Assembly: GCA_964016885.1 (NCBI GenBank)
Contig: OZ024761.1
Coordinates: 5,084,001-5,148,000 of the forward strand
Reading direction: 5' to 3'
DNA from: Eledone cirrhosa
Lineage: Eukaryota
DNA length: 64,000 bases
Below the pieces are notes generated by a model. The model was not told the origin of the DNA. It saw only the letters and a list, made by a program, of their open reading frames with translations, and searched no databases. Positions 11,213 to 23,200 of the stretch are shown here, one piece after another; position 1 is the stretch's first letter, and the number at the start of each line of letters is the position of its first letter. The translations under genes were made by a program, and so were the position numbers.

Positions 11213-14200
11213 GTTATTCCGGGTTGAATCGGAGGTAACCACAGTAAGTAAGGTACTCAATACATAGCAGAGTATAAAAGTTTTAATATAGATGAGATTC
11301 TACAGGACTAGAACTGTTTCATTCTTTAGAAATCATCAGGAATTCTGATGATTTCTAAAGATTCTGATGATTTCTTTTATTTTAGCCTTAAAAAGCTTGT
11401 TGTGTGTGTATATTGTATATCTGTGTGTATGTGTGTTTGTGTGTGAGCGTATACAGGCCTGTGGAAGTAGTAAGGGAAGTAGAGGTCTTATTTACCTGTG
11501 GCAAGGGAGGTAGAGGTCTTATTTACCTGTGGCAAGGGAGGTAGAGGTCTTATTTACCTGTGGCAAGGAAGGTAGAGGTCTTATTTACCTGTAGGAAGGG
11601 AGGTAGAGGTCTTATTTACCTGTAGCAAGGGGGGTAGAGGTCTTATTTACCTGTGGCAAGGGAGGTAGAGGTCTTATTTACCTGTGGCAAGGAAGGTAGA
11701 GGTCTTATTTACCTGTGGCAAGAGAGGTAGAGGTCTTATTTACCTGTGTGGCAAGGGATGTAGAGGTCTTATTTACCTGTGTGGCAAGGGAGGTAGAGGT
11801 CTTATTTACCTGTGGCAAGGGAAGTAGAGGTCTTATTTACCTGTGGCAAGGGAAGTAGAGGTCTTATTTACCTGTGGTAAGGGAGGTAGAGGTCTTATTT
11901 ACCTGTGTGGCAAGGGAAGTAGAGGTCTTATTTACCTGTGGCAAGGGAAGTAGAGGTCTTATTTACCTGTGGCAAGTGAGGTAGAGGTCTTATTTACCTG
12001 TGGCAAGGGAAGTAGAGGTCTTATTTACCTGTGTGGCAAGAATTTGTCTCTGTGTCTCTCTGTCCTCTTTTGTTTTGCAGAAACGAGGTGTAAAATCCAA
12101 ACCAACCTACAATATAATAGAAATGATGAAAGTTAGAGTGAACATCTGTGGTAGTGAACATCTGTGGTGGTGAACATCTGCGGTAGTGAACATCTGTGGT
12201 AGTGAACATCTGCGGTAGTGAACATCTGTGGTGGTGAACATCTGTGGTAGTGAACATCTGTGGTAGTGAACATCTGTGGTGGTGAACATCTGTGGTGGTG
12301 AACATCTGTGGTGGTGAACATCTGTGGTAGTGAACATCTGCGGTAGTGAACATCTGTGGTAGTGAACATCTGTGGTGGTGAACATCTGTGGTGGTGAACA
12401 TCTGCGGTAGTGAACATCTGTGGTGGTGAACATCTGTGGTAGTGAACATCTGTGGTAGTGAACATCTGTGGTGGTGAACGTCTGCGGTAGTGAACATCTG
12501 TGGTGGTGAACATCTGTGGTGGTGAACATCTGTGGTAGTGAACATCTGTGGTAGTGAACATCTGTGGTGGTGAACATCTGTGGTGGTGAACATCTGCGGT
12601 AGTGAACATCTGCGGTGGTGAACATCTGCGGTAGTGAACATCTGTGGTGGTGAACATCTGTGGTGGTGAACATCTGTGGTAGTGAACATCTGTGGTAGTG
12701 AACTGCTGTGGTAGTGAACAGCTGTGGGAGTAAACATCTGTGGTAGTGAACATCTGTGGGAGTAAACAGCTGTGGTAGTGAACATCTGTGGGAGTAAACA
12801 GCTGTAGCAGTGAACATCTGTGGTAGTGAACATCTGTGGTAGTGAACATCTGTAGCAGTAAACAGCTGTATTAGTGAACATTTGTGACAATGAACAGCTG
12901 TGACAGTGAACATCTGTAGCAGTGAATAGCTTTGGTAGTGAACATCTGAGGCAGTGAATAGCTGTGGTAGGACTTCGCCATGAGTGCAAACTGTCACCTC
13001 TCCTGTTCATTATTTACATGAACAACATTGACATGTGCAGCTGGGTTGGAAGTGATATCATGACTGACAGGTGTAAAATCACTTGGCTGGAATTTGCAGA
13101 CGACATGGTGTTACTTAACTCGACAGAAGATGATATTCGACTTGCACTCGATAGGTTTGATGCTGAGTGCTGCATGGCTGGAATGAAAATCAGTGCTGCA
13201 AAGACTGAGACACTCGTTCTCTCAAGGAAACCTGCACAGTGCAGGCTACATATGAATAGAGTTCCACTGAAGCAGGTAGAGAAGTTCTAGTATCTCAGGG
13301 CCGTGTTCAGGAGTGATGGAAGGCAGGAGGCTGGATTAAGTACAAGAATTACAGGAGCTGGTGCAGTAATGTGCCAGCTTCAGCATTCAGTAATCTGGAG
13401 AAGGGGGTATTCGTGTCAACCCTTCGGTATTCATGTCAACCCTTACCTATGGTCATGGATCTTGGGTAATGACCCAAAGAATACGATCGCGAATACAAGT
13501 GGTTGAAATGGGGTTCCTCCAAAGGGTCTTTGGAGTAACGTCACTCGATAGACTGTGTAGCTCAGAGATGAGAGAGTCACTCCAGGTAGAACCACCACTT
13601 CTCCAAATTGAGAGAACACAGCTCCAATACTAAGGGCATGTGGTTAGAATGTCTCAGGAAAGAATCACTAGACAGATTTTATGGGCAAAACCAACTGGCA
13701 TGAGAGCTAGGGGTAGACCCTGAGCAAGAAGGTTCTTACATAAAATTATGATGGAAGGTTGTTAAATAAATATAAAGACATTAAAATAAACAGCTTACAT
13801 CACAGAACATGGGGTGGTTTCATATCGTTTGGTATGGAATGAGTTAGATACACTTGCAAAAGACAATTCTCTGTGTAAACCCATATTTTGCAGTGATCAA
13901 TAGAAATACAAGTTGTTAATGTAAATTTATGTTCAAATTCTCACCTCACCTATGGCAACAATTTTGTCATGGTATTTTTCAATTAAAGGAATGGCATCTT
14001 CCAAGTCCTACAAGAAATATAACAGTCAAATAAATTTTTTTATTTTTACCTTGAAAATATTAAATATTTTTATATCGATAAACTCTAAACCTTTAATTGA
14101 ATAATTAACTGACTTTAGTTTCTAATTGTGTTATAGTTATTTATTTATTAGATTTACTATAATTTTATTTATGAAAATACAGTTTAATAGAAAAAGAAAA

Positions 14201-17200
14201 AAAGAAAATTTAGATTGAGAAGAATGGAATGTAAAATAGGAAAATATAAAGAAAAAAGAGAAAAAGAAAAAAGAAAATCAGGAAGGGGGGGGGGGGGGGG
14301 GGGGCAAGAACTCTAGGGTCACAGAAGAATGAGGAGGAGGAAGGGGAGTGGGAAGGGGAGGAGGATTGGGCTCTGGGCCTAGGGCATGGTGGTAGAGGGG
14401 CTGTGTCCCGTGGACAAGACCACAAAAGCCATCCCTTGTATAGTGGCCAGCGACACCCACTGCAACAGCCACCCCACCTTGCGGGGCTCCTTCCTCAGAT
14501 GGACCACCAATTGTAGCTGATACTACTAATAATATTAATAATAAAGTAGTATAATTAATACATTGTGAGATATGTAATAAACGACTGAAAAGTCTAAAGG
14601 GCCGTAACTCTATGCTGCAAAAGATGGTGTCTGGCGCTCTACCGATACTGCCAATCTACTGATAATATTGATAACAACCGTTTCTGATTTGGGCACAAGA
14701 CCAACAATTTGGGGGGAGAGGAAGTTGATTAAATTAACCCCAGTGCATTACTGGTATTTTATTTTACCCACTCCTGTAAGAATGAAAGGCAAAGTTAACC
14801 TCGGTGGGATTTGAACTCAGAATGTAATATGGATAACAGCAATAATAATTCCTTCTAACATTGTCACAAGTCAAATTTTATGGGACGGGGGAGCTGGTAG
14901 TCGATTATATTGACCTCAGTATTTAACTGGTACTTCAGTTTATCGAGACGGATGAAAGGCAAAGCTGACCTTGGTCAGATTTTAACTTAGAATGGGGTTT
15001 ACATTGAAATGAAAGCAGTGAGAAATAAAAGAAGATTAAAGACTTCACAGTATACATTATTTTATTGTTCGGTGGATTGACAGTATTGGTAGAGGGTTGG
15101 ACGCCATGTTTTGCAGCATAGAATTATGGCCCTTTATGGTCTGAGTTCAAATCCCGCCGAGGTTAACTTTGCCTTTCATCCTTACGGGGTCGATAAAATA
15201 AAGTACCAGTTATACACTGGGATAATTGCTGGCCTTGTGCCAAAAGTAGAAACAATTATTTTATAATGTCATCTAAACCAATGGAGGTTCATTTACATCT
15301 TTTTTTTTTACTTATTTCATCAACTGTAAAAGGTTTAAAGGCAAAGTATATTTCTCTATATGCTTTCTAATTCAGGCACAAGGCCAGCAATTTTGGAGAC
15401 AATGTAGGGCAGTGGAGAATAAGTCAATTTTATTCATTAAGGGCTTATAGGGACTTATTTTAGGAACCTTGTTTAAGGATATTTGAGTCTGTTCTTCCTA
15501 TTTTATAGTGTAATCCCAGGAGTTTATTTTAGGGACCTTGGTTCAGGATATTTGAGTCTGTTCTTCCTATTTTATAGTGTAATCCCAGGAGTTTATTTTA
15601 GGGATCTTGGTTCAGGATATTTGAGTTTGTTCTTCCTATTTTATAGTGTAATCCCAGGAGTTTATTTTAGGAACCTTGTTCAAGGATATTTGTGTCTGTT
15701 TTTCCTATTTTGTAATCCCAGGAGTTTATTTAAGAGACCTTGGTCCAGGATATTTGAGCCTCGTTCTTCCTGTTTTCTAGTGCTGGGAGTTTATTTTAGG
15801 GATCTTGGTCCAGGATATTTGTGTCTGTTCTTCTTATTATTTTAGGGACCTTGGTCCAGGATATTTGTGCCTGTTCTTCTTATTATTTTAGGGACCTTGG
15901 TCCAGGATATTTCCTATTTTCTAATGTAATACTGGGAAGCTGAAGACTCAGTTATTGGAAACAGTGAAAACTAAATCCCCAAAATTTAAGAAAACAACAG
16001 AATTATTTTACCTTATTTGTCACACATTTCGAAGTCCCATCTTCTTCCTGGAAGAACAGTAAAATATATGACATCTTAATCTGTTAGTCTTTTACCTGTT
16101 CCAGCCTACTGGCTGAGGCCAGGCTGGGGCACAGCCATTATTAAAAACAAAAAACAAAAAAATGAAATTGAATGTTTCAGAGCTTGTAAGTTTTAACTTG
16201 GCTGAACATAGACTACTACTACTACTACTACTACTATTACTTCTACTACTACTACTACTACTATTACTTCTACTACTACTACTATTACTTCTACTACTAC
16301 TACTATTACTTCTACTACTACTACTACTACTACTACTATTGCTGCTGCTACCACTACTACAGCTACTATTACTACCACTACTACTACTGCTGCTGTTTCT
16401 ACTATTACTACTACTACCATTACTACTACTACTACTACTACTACCACTACCACTATTACTACTGCTGCTACTACTACTGCTGCTACTACTACTACTACTA
16501 CTGCTACTACTACCACTATTACTACTACTACTACTACTGCTACTACCACTACTACTACTACCACTACTACTGCCACTACTACTGATGCTGCTACTACACT
16601 CTTCTCCTCCTCCTCCTTCTATATATCCGATACCAGTGCCATAACTCAGTTCCACTACCAGCCCACCCAGTCCAACATTGCCATCTGAATTTCCCCTGCC
16701 CCCAACCCGGTATCATCTTCAAGAGCAGCCCTCAACATTCTTAGTTACCCTCCCAACTTGTCTGAACACATTAGGTTTCCGGGATAGAACCCTGCCATCA
16801 GGTTCATTGTGACGTTTCACATGTCCAGCTACAGCCAGCCTCCTACGCTTTATGATGGCAGAAATTGAACTATCACTGCACACTTAGGAGTTCTTTATCA
16901 TCACCATCACCGCTGCCATCAGAGAAATCAGGTGTAGTGTGCATAAGGGAAGACTTTGCTGGTATGGCTATGTGACGCATACAAATGATCATGGGTTGAA
17001 GAAGTACCAATAAACCCCTAGCGGAAGGGAGTTTCAGTAGAGGAAGGCCAAGGAAGATCTGGGCGGAGGTTGTGAGAGATGATCTAAAAGCACTGAAGCA
17101 ACAAGAGATGCTGTGCTGGGAAAGACATATCCAACCCAAGCAACTGTGGAAAAACTATGTGTAATTTGCCTAATAGTTTAACTTATCTCTACCCATTTTG

Positions 17201-20200
17201 TTATGTCTCTATGTGTACTGGAATGAATGGTATCAACCTTAATACACTGAAACTGTAGTAATTTCCAGAGATTGACTGAAGAGATGGGACTGCCCGTCTC
17301 TCTGTTGTTTTTTTCCATTGTCTTTGTCCTGTGCACCTGTTATTTTGAATATATATATATATATATATTCAAAATAACATATATCATTATCATCATCATC
17401 ATCATCATCATCATTTTACGTCCGCTTTTCCCTGCTTGCAAGGGTGGGACGGGTCTTATTCAGCACAGCATCTCTCCACTCGTCACAGTCCCTCGTCATC
17501 TCCACCGTGAGCTTCAATGATCTGAGGTCTGTTCTCACCACCTCCGCCCATGTTTTTCGTGGTCTACCTCTACCACGTCTTCCTTCAACTGGCAATTCCT
17601 GGCACTTCTTCACCCATCGGTCATCCTCCATGCGCATCACATGTCCATACCACCTCAGTCTCCTCTCCCGTACACTACATTCTATCCCTCTCAGATACAG
17701 GACAAAGAAAATGTAAAATGGGTTTAACAGAGTATGGGTTTAACAGAACAGGGATGTGCAGACCACATTATGATCTGTCAGTTGTGAAGCAGATAAAAAG
17801 AAGCACTCAATGACCTGTATACTTGGTACAAGCTGGAGCATTATATATTATTAAAAGATCGGAGGCCACATTCAGTTGATTCAGGTTTATTTAAAACTCT
17901 GTCATACATATTTCACTGAAGACTATCAGTTATGGGAGCCTGAGCTCTTCAGACAGCAAAAGCTATAAAAACATGAAAACAACACCACACATTTGGCCAG
18001 GCCCCTGCATCAAGAAAAGAAAATCTTTTTCGAGGAAGTTCGAGGAAGATTTTTTCTAATTTAAAGTTTTTTGAGGAACTTTCCAGCCCTAGCATACTCT
18101 CTATTTGTGTAATTTGCCTAAAGTCATAACTTATCTCTGTTTTGTTATGTCCCAATGTGTACCGGAATGAACGGTATTTTCCATTTTCTTTGTCCTGTGC
18201 ACTCCCTATTTTGAATATATACATATCATCATCATCATCATCATTTTACGTCTGCTTTTCCCTGCTTGCAAGGGTGGGACGGCAACTGATTCTAGATTGA
18301 TTTCTACAGCTGGATGCCCTTCCTAACACCAACCTCATTTGCAGTGTGGGCTGGGTGCTTTTTTTTGCCGTGGCACCTCCACGACCACTTTGCAGTGGAA
18401 TGATAGGGACCCCAGTCCTGTCATCTCATTTCTACAGCTGAGTAAACTGGAGTAATGTGAAATAAAGTCTCTTGTTCAAAGAAACAACACATCACTCGGT
18501 CTGAGTAATTGAACTCACAACCTTTCGATTGCAAGGCCACTAAGCCATGCGCCTATATATATATATTCTTTATAGCCAAGTTTGAGGCTTGTTACACTGG
18601 AGTTTCTCCTGTGTACTCAAGTCACAGGACTCTAGTTTGAAGATGATTTCCACCCTTCATTCCAACAGTCACAGATGCTCTGTAAAGGATGATGAGGGCT
18701 GTACTCTTCCTATGACTAAGTCATACCCTCCACCTCCATGGATATTTCAGATATGTGTTAACCCTTTAAATACAAACCTGTGCTAAAATCCTCTTTATTA
18801 ACCCTTTAGCATTTACATTACTCTATATACACTATTGTATTTTCACAGTAAAGGCTTTACCTCACATAATATATCACATAACATTTACATTACTCTATAT
18901 ATACTATTGTATTTTCACAGTAAAGGCTTTACCTCACATAATATCTCACATAACATTTACATTACTCTATATATACTATTGTATTTTCACAGTAAAGGCT
19001 TTACCTCACATAATATCTCACATAACATTTACATTACTCTAATATACTATTGTATTTTCACAGTAAAGGCTTTACCTCACATAATATCTCACATAACATT
19101 TACATTACTCTAATATACTATTGTATTGTCACAGTAAAGGCTTTACCTTGCATAATTATATCACATAATATCGAATCTATGAGATTTTGATATTATTTAT
19201 TTTGAGAATACCTTAACATCAGTATGAATGGCTGGTTACAGCTGGTTTAAATGCTAAAGGGTTAAAGAGTCCAAATTTAAATGCAAATCTTGGCCTGGAA
19301 TCTTATGACTATATGGTAGATAATATTAGATTCTAATAGTTAAACATTTCTCTTGTAATTATTATTGAGTTGAAAGTTGGTTATTTCACTAAACTTCTCA
19401 TACTGCATTTGTATTTTAATTAATTATAAATCTAATCAATAATTATATTTCTGTAAGAACTATGGCAATGAAATGGTTAAAACTATTCAAATACTCTTAC
19501 CTGTACTGGATGTACTCCAAGACAGGGAACAATGAATTCTGGAAACCTGAGAAGAGAACAAATTTCCAAAAAATATCAACTTTTTTTTTTCAGCTATTTT
19601 CCTAAACTCTTATACATTTATTTAGAGTTCACCCAATATTATTTGAACAGATTGTATAGATTGTTATTGTATATTTATGTATTATTTATTGCAATGCATT
19701 ATATCCTTGAGCAAGACACTTTATTTCACGTTGCTCCTTCTACCTGGAGTTGCAACCGATAGATAGTATTAGCAATTGGAAAGACCAACGGAAACATTGT
19801 TTCCTCGGGCTGATTTGACGAAAGTCGATCGACAAATTAAAAAAATTTTTTTATTGCACAAGCAACAATAAGATTTATATACAATAGAAATGAAAATCAT
19901 CTTTTTTTTCTGAAATAGTTCCTCTTAATTTGTTCATCCGTGGAATTTCCAAGGGTCCCACTAGTATAAATAAAACTGTATCTATAATATACAATCAATT
20001 CATTCTAAAACTCATCTGCAATATCCTATGAAGAAGCTTTACAATTGGATGAATAGTTTATACCAGGGGTGTGCAACATATTCCAATGGCGGGCCACTTT
20101 TGAACATTGGAACAACTATTAGGGCCAGTCACTGTCAAAATATGTAATCTAATGAAAACCACTATTCCAAAGATTCACCACAACTTGTTTCCATAACATG

Positions 20201-23200
20201 GAACTGGGAAATTATAACACACATTACTCTATCAGTGAAGCCCTTTAGTATAGGTCAACTGGGAAATTATAACATACATTACTCTATCAGTGAAGCCCTT
20301 TAGTATAGGTCAACTGGGAAATTATAACATACATTACTCTATCAGTGAAGCCCTTTAGTATAGGTCAACTGGGAAATTATAACACACATAACTCTATCAG
20401 TGAAGCCCTTTAGTATAGGTCAACTGGGAAATTATAACACACATAACTCTATCAGTGAAGCCCTTTAGTATAGGTCAACTGGGAAATTATAACACACATA
20501 ACTCTATCAGTGAAGCCCTTTAGTATAGGTCAACTGGGAAATTATAACACACATTACAGGGAGCTGATAGATAGGACAACACACGGTTTTTCGTGTTTTG
20601 CTCATTGGATGCGGGAACTGTCATGACAAAAGCTGTGGAAGCTACAGAAATATTCCATATATTCTTCCAGAGCAATCTCTAATTTAAAAAAAAAAAAAAA
20701 TTTACATTTTACGCTTACTTGTCCGCCATTATTGCAAAAAGACCATAAATTCAAATTTTGAAAAGAGAGAAAAAAAAAAAAAGGAACAAGTGAACTATGA
20801 ACTTCTACATCTCACTGCCCCCCCCCCCCCACGAAAATAACGTCTACATACGCTCCCAACCACCACCACATAACTCATTACCCTATCTAAGCTGGCTGAC
20901 CTGTTGACAAACTGCTAGCTTTTTTTATGTATGTACATGTATATATATATATATATGTATATGTGTGTATATATGTAAGTATATATATATCTCAGTGGAT
21001 GCGACCAGATTTCAACACAGCAACAACTACAACAACAACAACAACAGCAACTACAACAACAACAGCACCATTGTCTGCAGCAGCAGCATCGGCGAAATGA
21101 AGAACAACAACGGCAGCAGCAACAACAACAACAACAACAACAACGACAGCAACAACAACTGCCACCACCACCACCACAACTACCATCACTGGCACCATCC
21201 ACCACCACTGCCATCGCCACCATCCACCACCACCACCATCACCATCACTGACCCATCCACCACCTTCACCTCCACCACTACCACCGCCATCACTGACACT
21301 ATCCACCACCATCACTGACACCATCCACCATCACCACCGCCGCCATCACTGACACTATCCACCACCATCACTGACATCATCCACCACCATCACCACCACC
21401 ACCACCATCACTAACACCATCCACCACCACCACCATCACTGACACCATCCACCACCACCATCATCACCAGCATAAAGCAAACAATTATTATTATTATTAT
21501 TATATAAAAACTGAACTCGACTGGGAAAAGTCAACAGTTGACATGATTTTGATTTTGTATCAGTACTGACGGTAATATATATATATGTGTATGTGAGTGG
21601 TGTGTGTGTTTGTATGCATGAGTGTTGGTGTGTGTTTGTAGTTTGTATGCATGAGTGTTGGTGTGTGAGTGTGTGTGTGTGTGTGCATATCGTGTCAATA
21701 AGTGTTTTTTTTTGTTTTGTTTTTTATGACCATGTTGTAAAATGGAGGGGTAGAGAGGGCCCTTGAGTCTAGTAAGACATCCTCTCTAGTGCTGGTGGCA
21801 CAAATAAAAGCACCCAGTCCATGCTGAAAAGTGGCGCTGGTGTTAGGAAGGGCATCCAACCAGTGTATCAATGCCAAAATGCTTATCAGCACAGCAACAA
21901 ATAGATAGGAACAACAAAATATGAAGACGTCGCATCTCAGAGTTGCAACACTTAATGTTGGCACTCTCAGAGGTAGATCTGCTGAAATAGCGGAGATGCT
22001 GGAGAGAAGGCATGTGGATGTGTTCTGCGTGCAAGAGGTGAGATGGAGAGGTGCCTCTGCGAGACTAGTCGTAGGCAAACATCTTAGCTATAAGCTTTTC
22101 TGGGTAGGTAAGGATGATGGGTTAGGGGGAGTAGGCATTTTCCTGGCTGAGAGATGGATCAATAAGATAATAGAGGTAGTTCGAGTTAGTAATCGAATAA
22201 TTAAGCTTAGATTAGTTGTAGGCAGGAGACTACTGACAATCATCTCTGCCTATGCTCCCCAAGCAGGCCTAGGCAAAGATGAGAAAGACTGCTTTTACGA
22301 GCAACTTTTACAAACAACCACAATGACAGAGGACGGAGACATTGTTATGCTAGCAGGGGACTTCAATGGTCATGTTAGACAGCTCCAGGATGGTTACACT
22401 CAGGTACATGGTGGGCACGGTTATGTTTCAAGAAATGAAGAAGGAGTGAGACTTCTTGAATTTTGTGATGCAAGTACACTGACTATTTGCAACACTAACT
22501 TCCAGAAACCTGCCAACCACCTAATAACCTACAAATCTGGCGAGCACATAAGCCAGATTGACTTCTTACTAGTTAGGCAGCAGGACAGGCAGATAGTGTC
22601 TAATACCAAGGCATAGCCTGGGGAAGAATGTACCACACAGCATAGGTTAGTCGTTAGCGATATCTCAGTAAGCAAGAGATGGAATGAGACATACAGGAAG
22701 GTGTGGAGAAGAAAGGTCTGGAAGCTAAAAGACCTTTCACTAAAATACAAATTTAGGAAAGCCCTTCAAGATGTGTATGACGGAAAAGAAGACGATTTAG
22801 AGACGTATGACAGATAATAACTGGAATTTCTTATGTGACAACTTACTGCAGGCTACTGATGAAACTTGTGGCTGGAGCGGAGCTCCAACCAGACAGAGAG
22901 TGACCTGGTGGTGGAACAGCACAGTAGATAAGGCCATTAGAGACAAAAGACTAGCATGGAAGGCTTGGAAAAAGGGTGGGATTAAGGAAGGATATACAGC
23001 CGCTAAGAGAGAAGCTAGATGTCAGGTGTACTTAGCACGCAGGGAGGCTGAGAATAGGAGGTTTACCAATGTTCTGCGACGGGAAGATCAGAAGTGTGCG
23101 GTGTTCCACATTGCAAGGCAGTGTGTCAATGCAAATCAGGATGTTGTTGTAGATAAATGTGTCCGGAATGATGCCGGTGTACTTAGTGTCATGAATGATC

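Noticed and set aside
12021-13010. 329/296/238-aa His/Cys-rich ORFs
   Set aside because: A 16-bp minisatellite open in three frames; only the embedded TATDN3 exon is real, and it is in another frame
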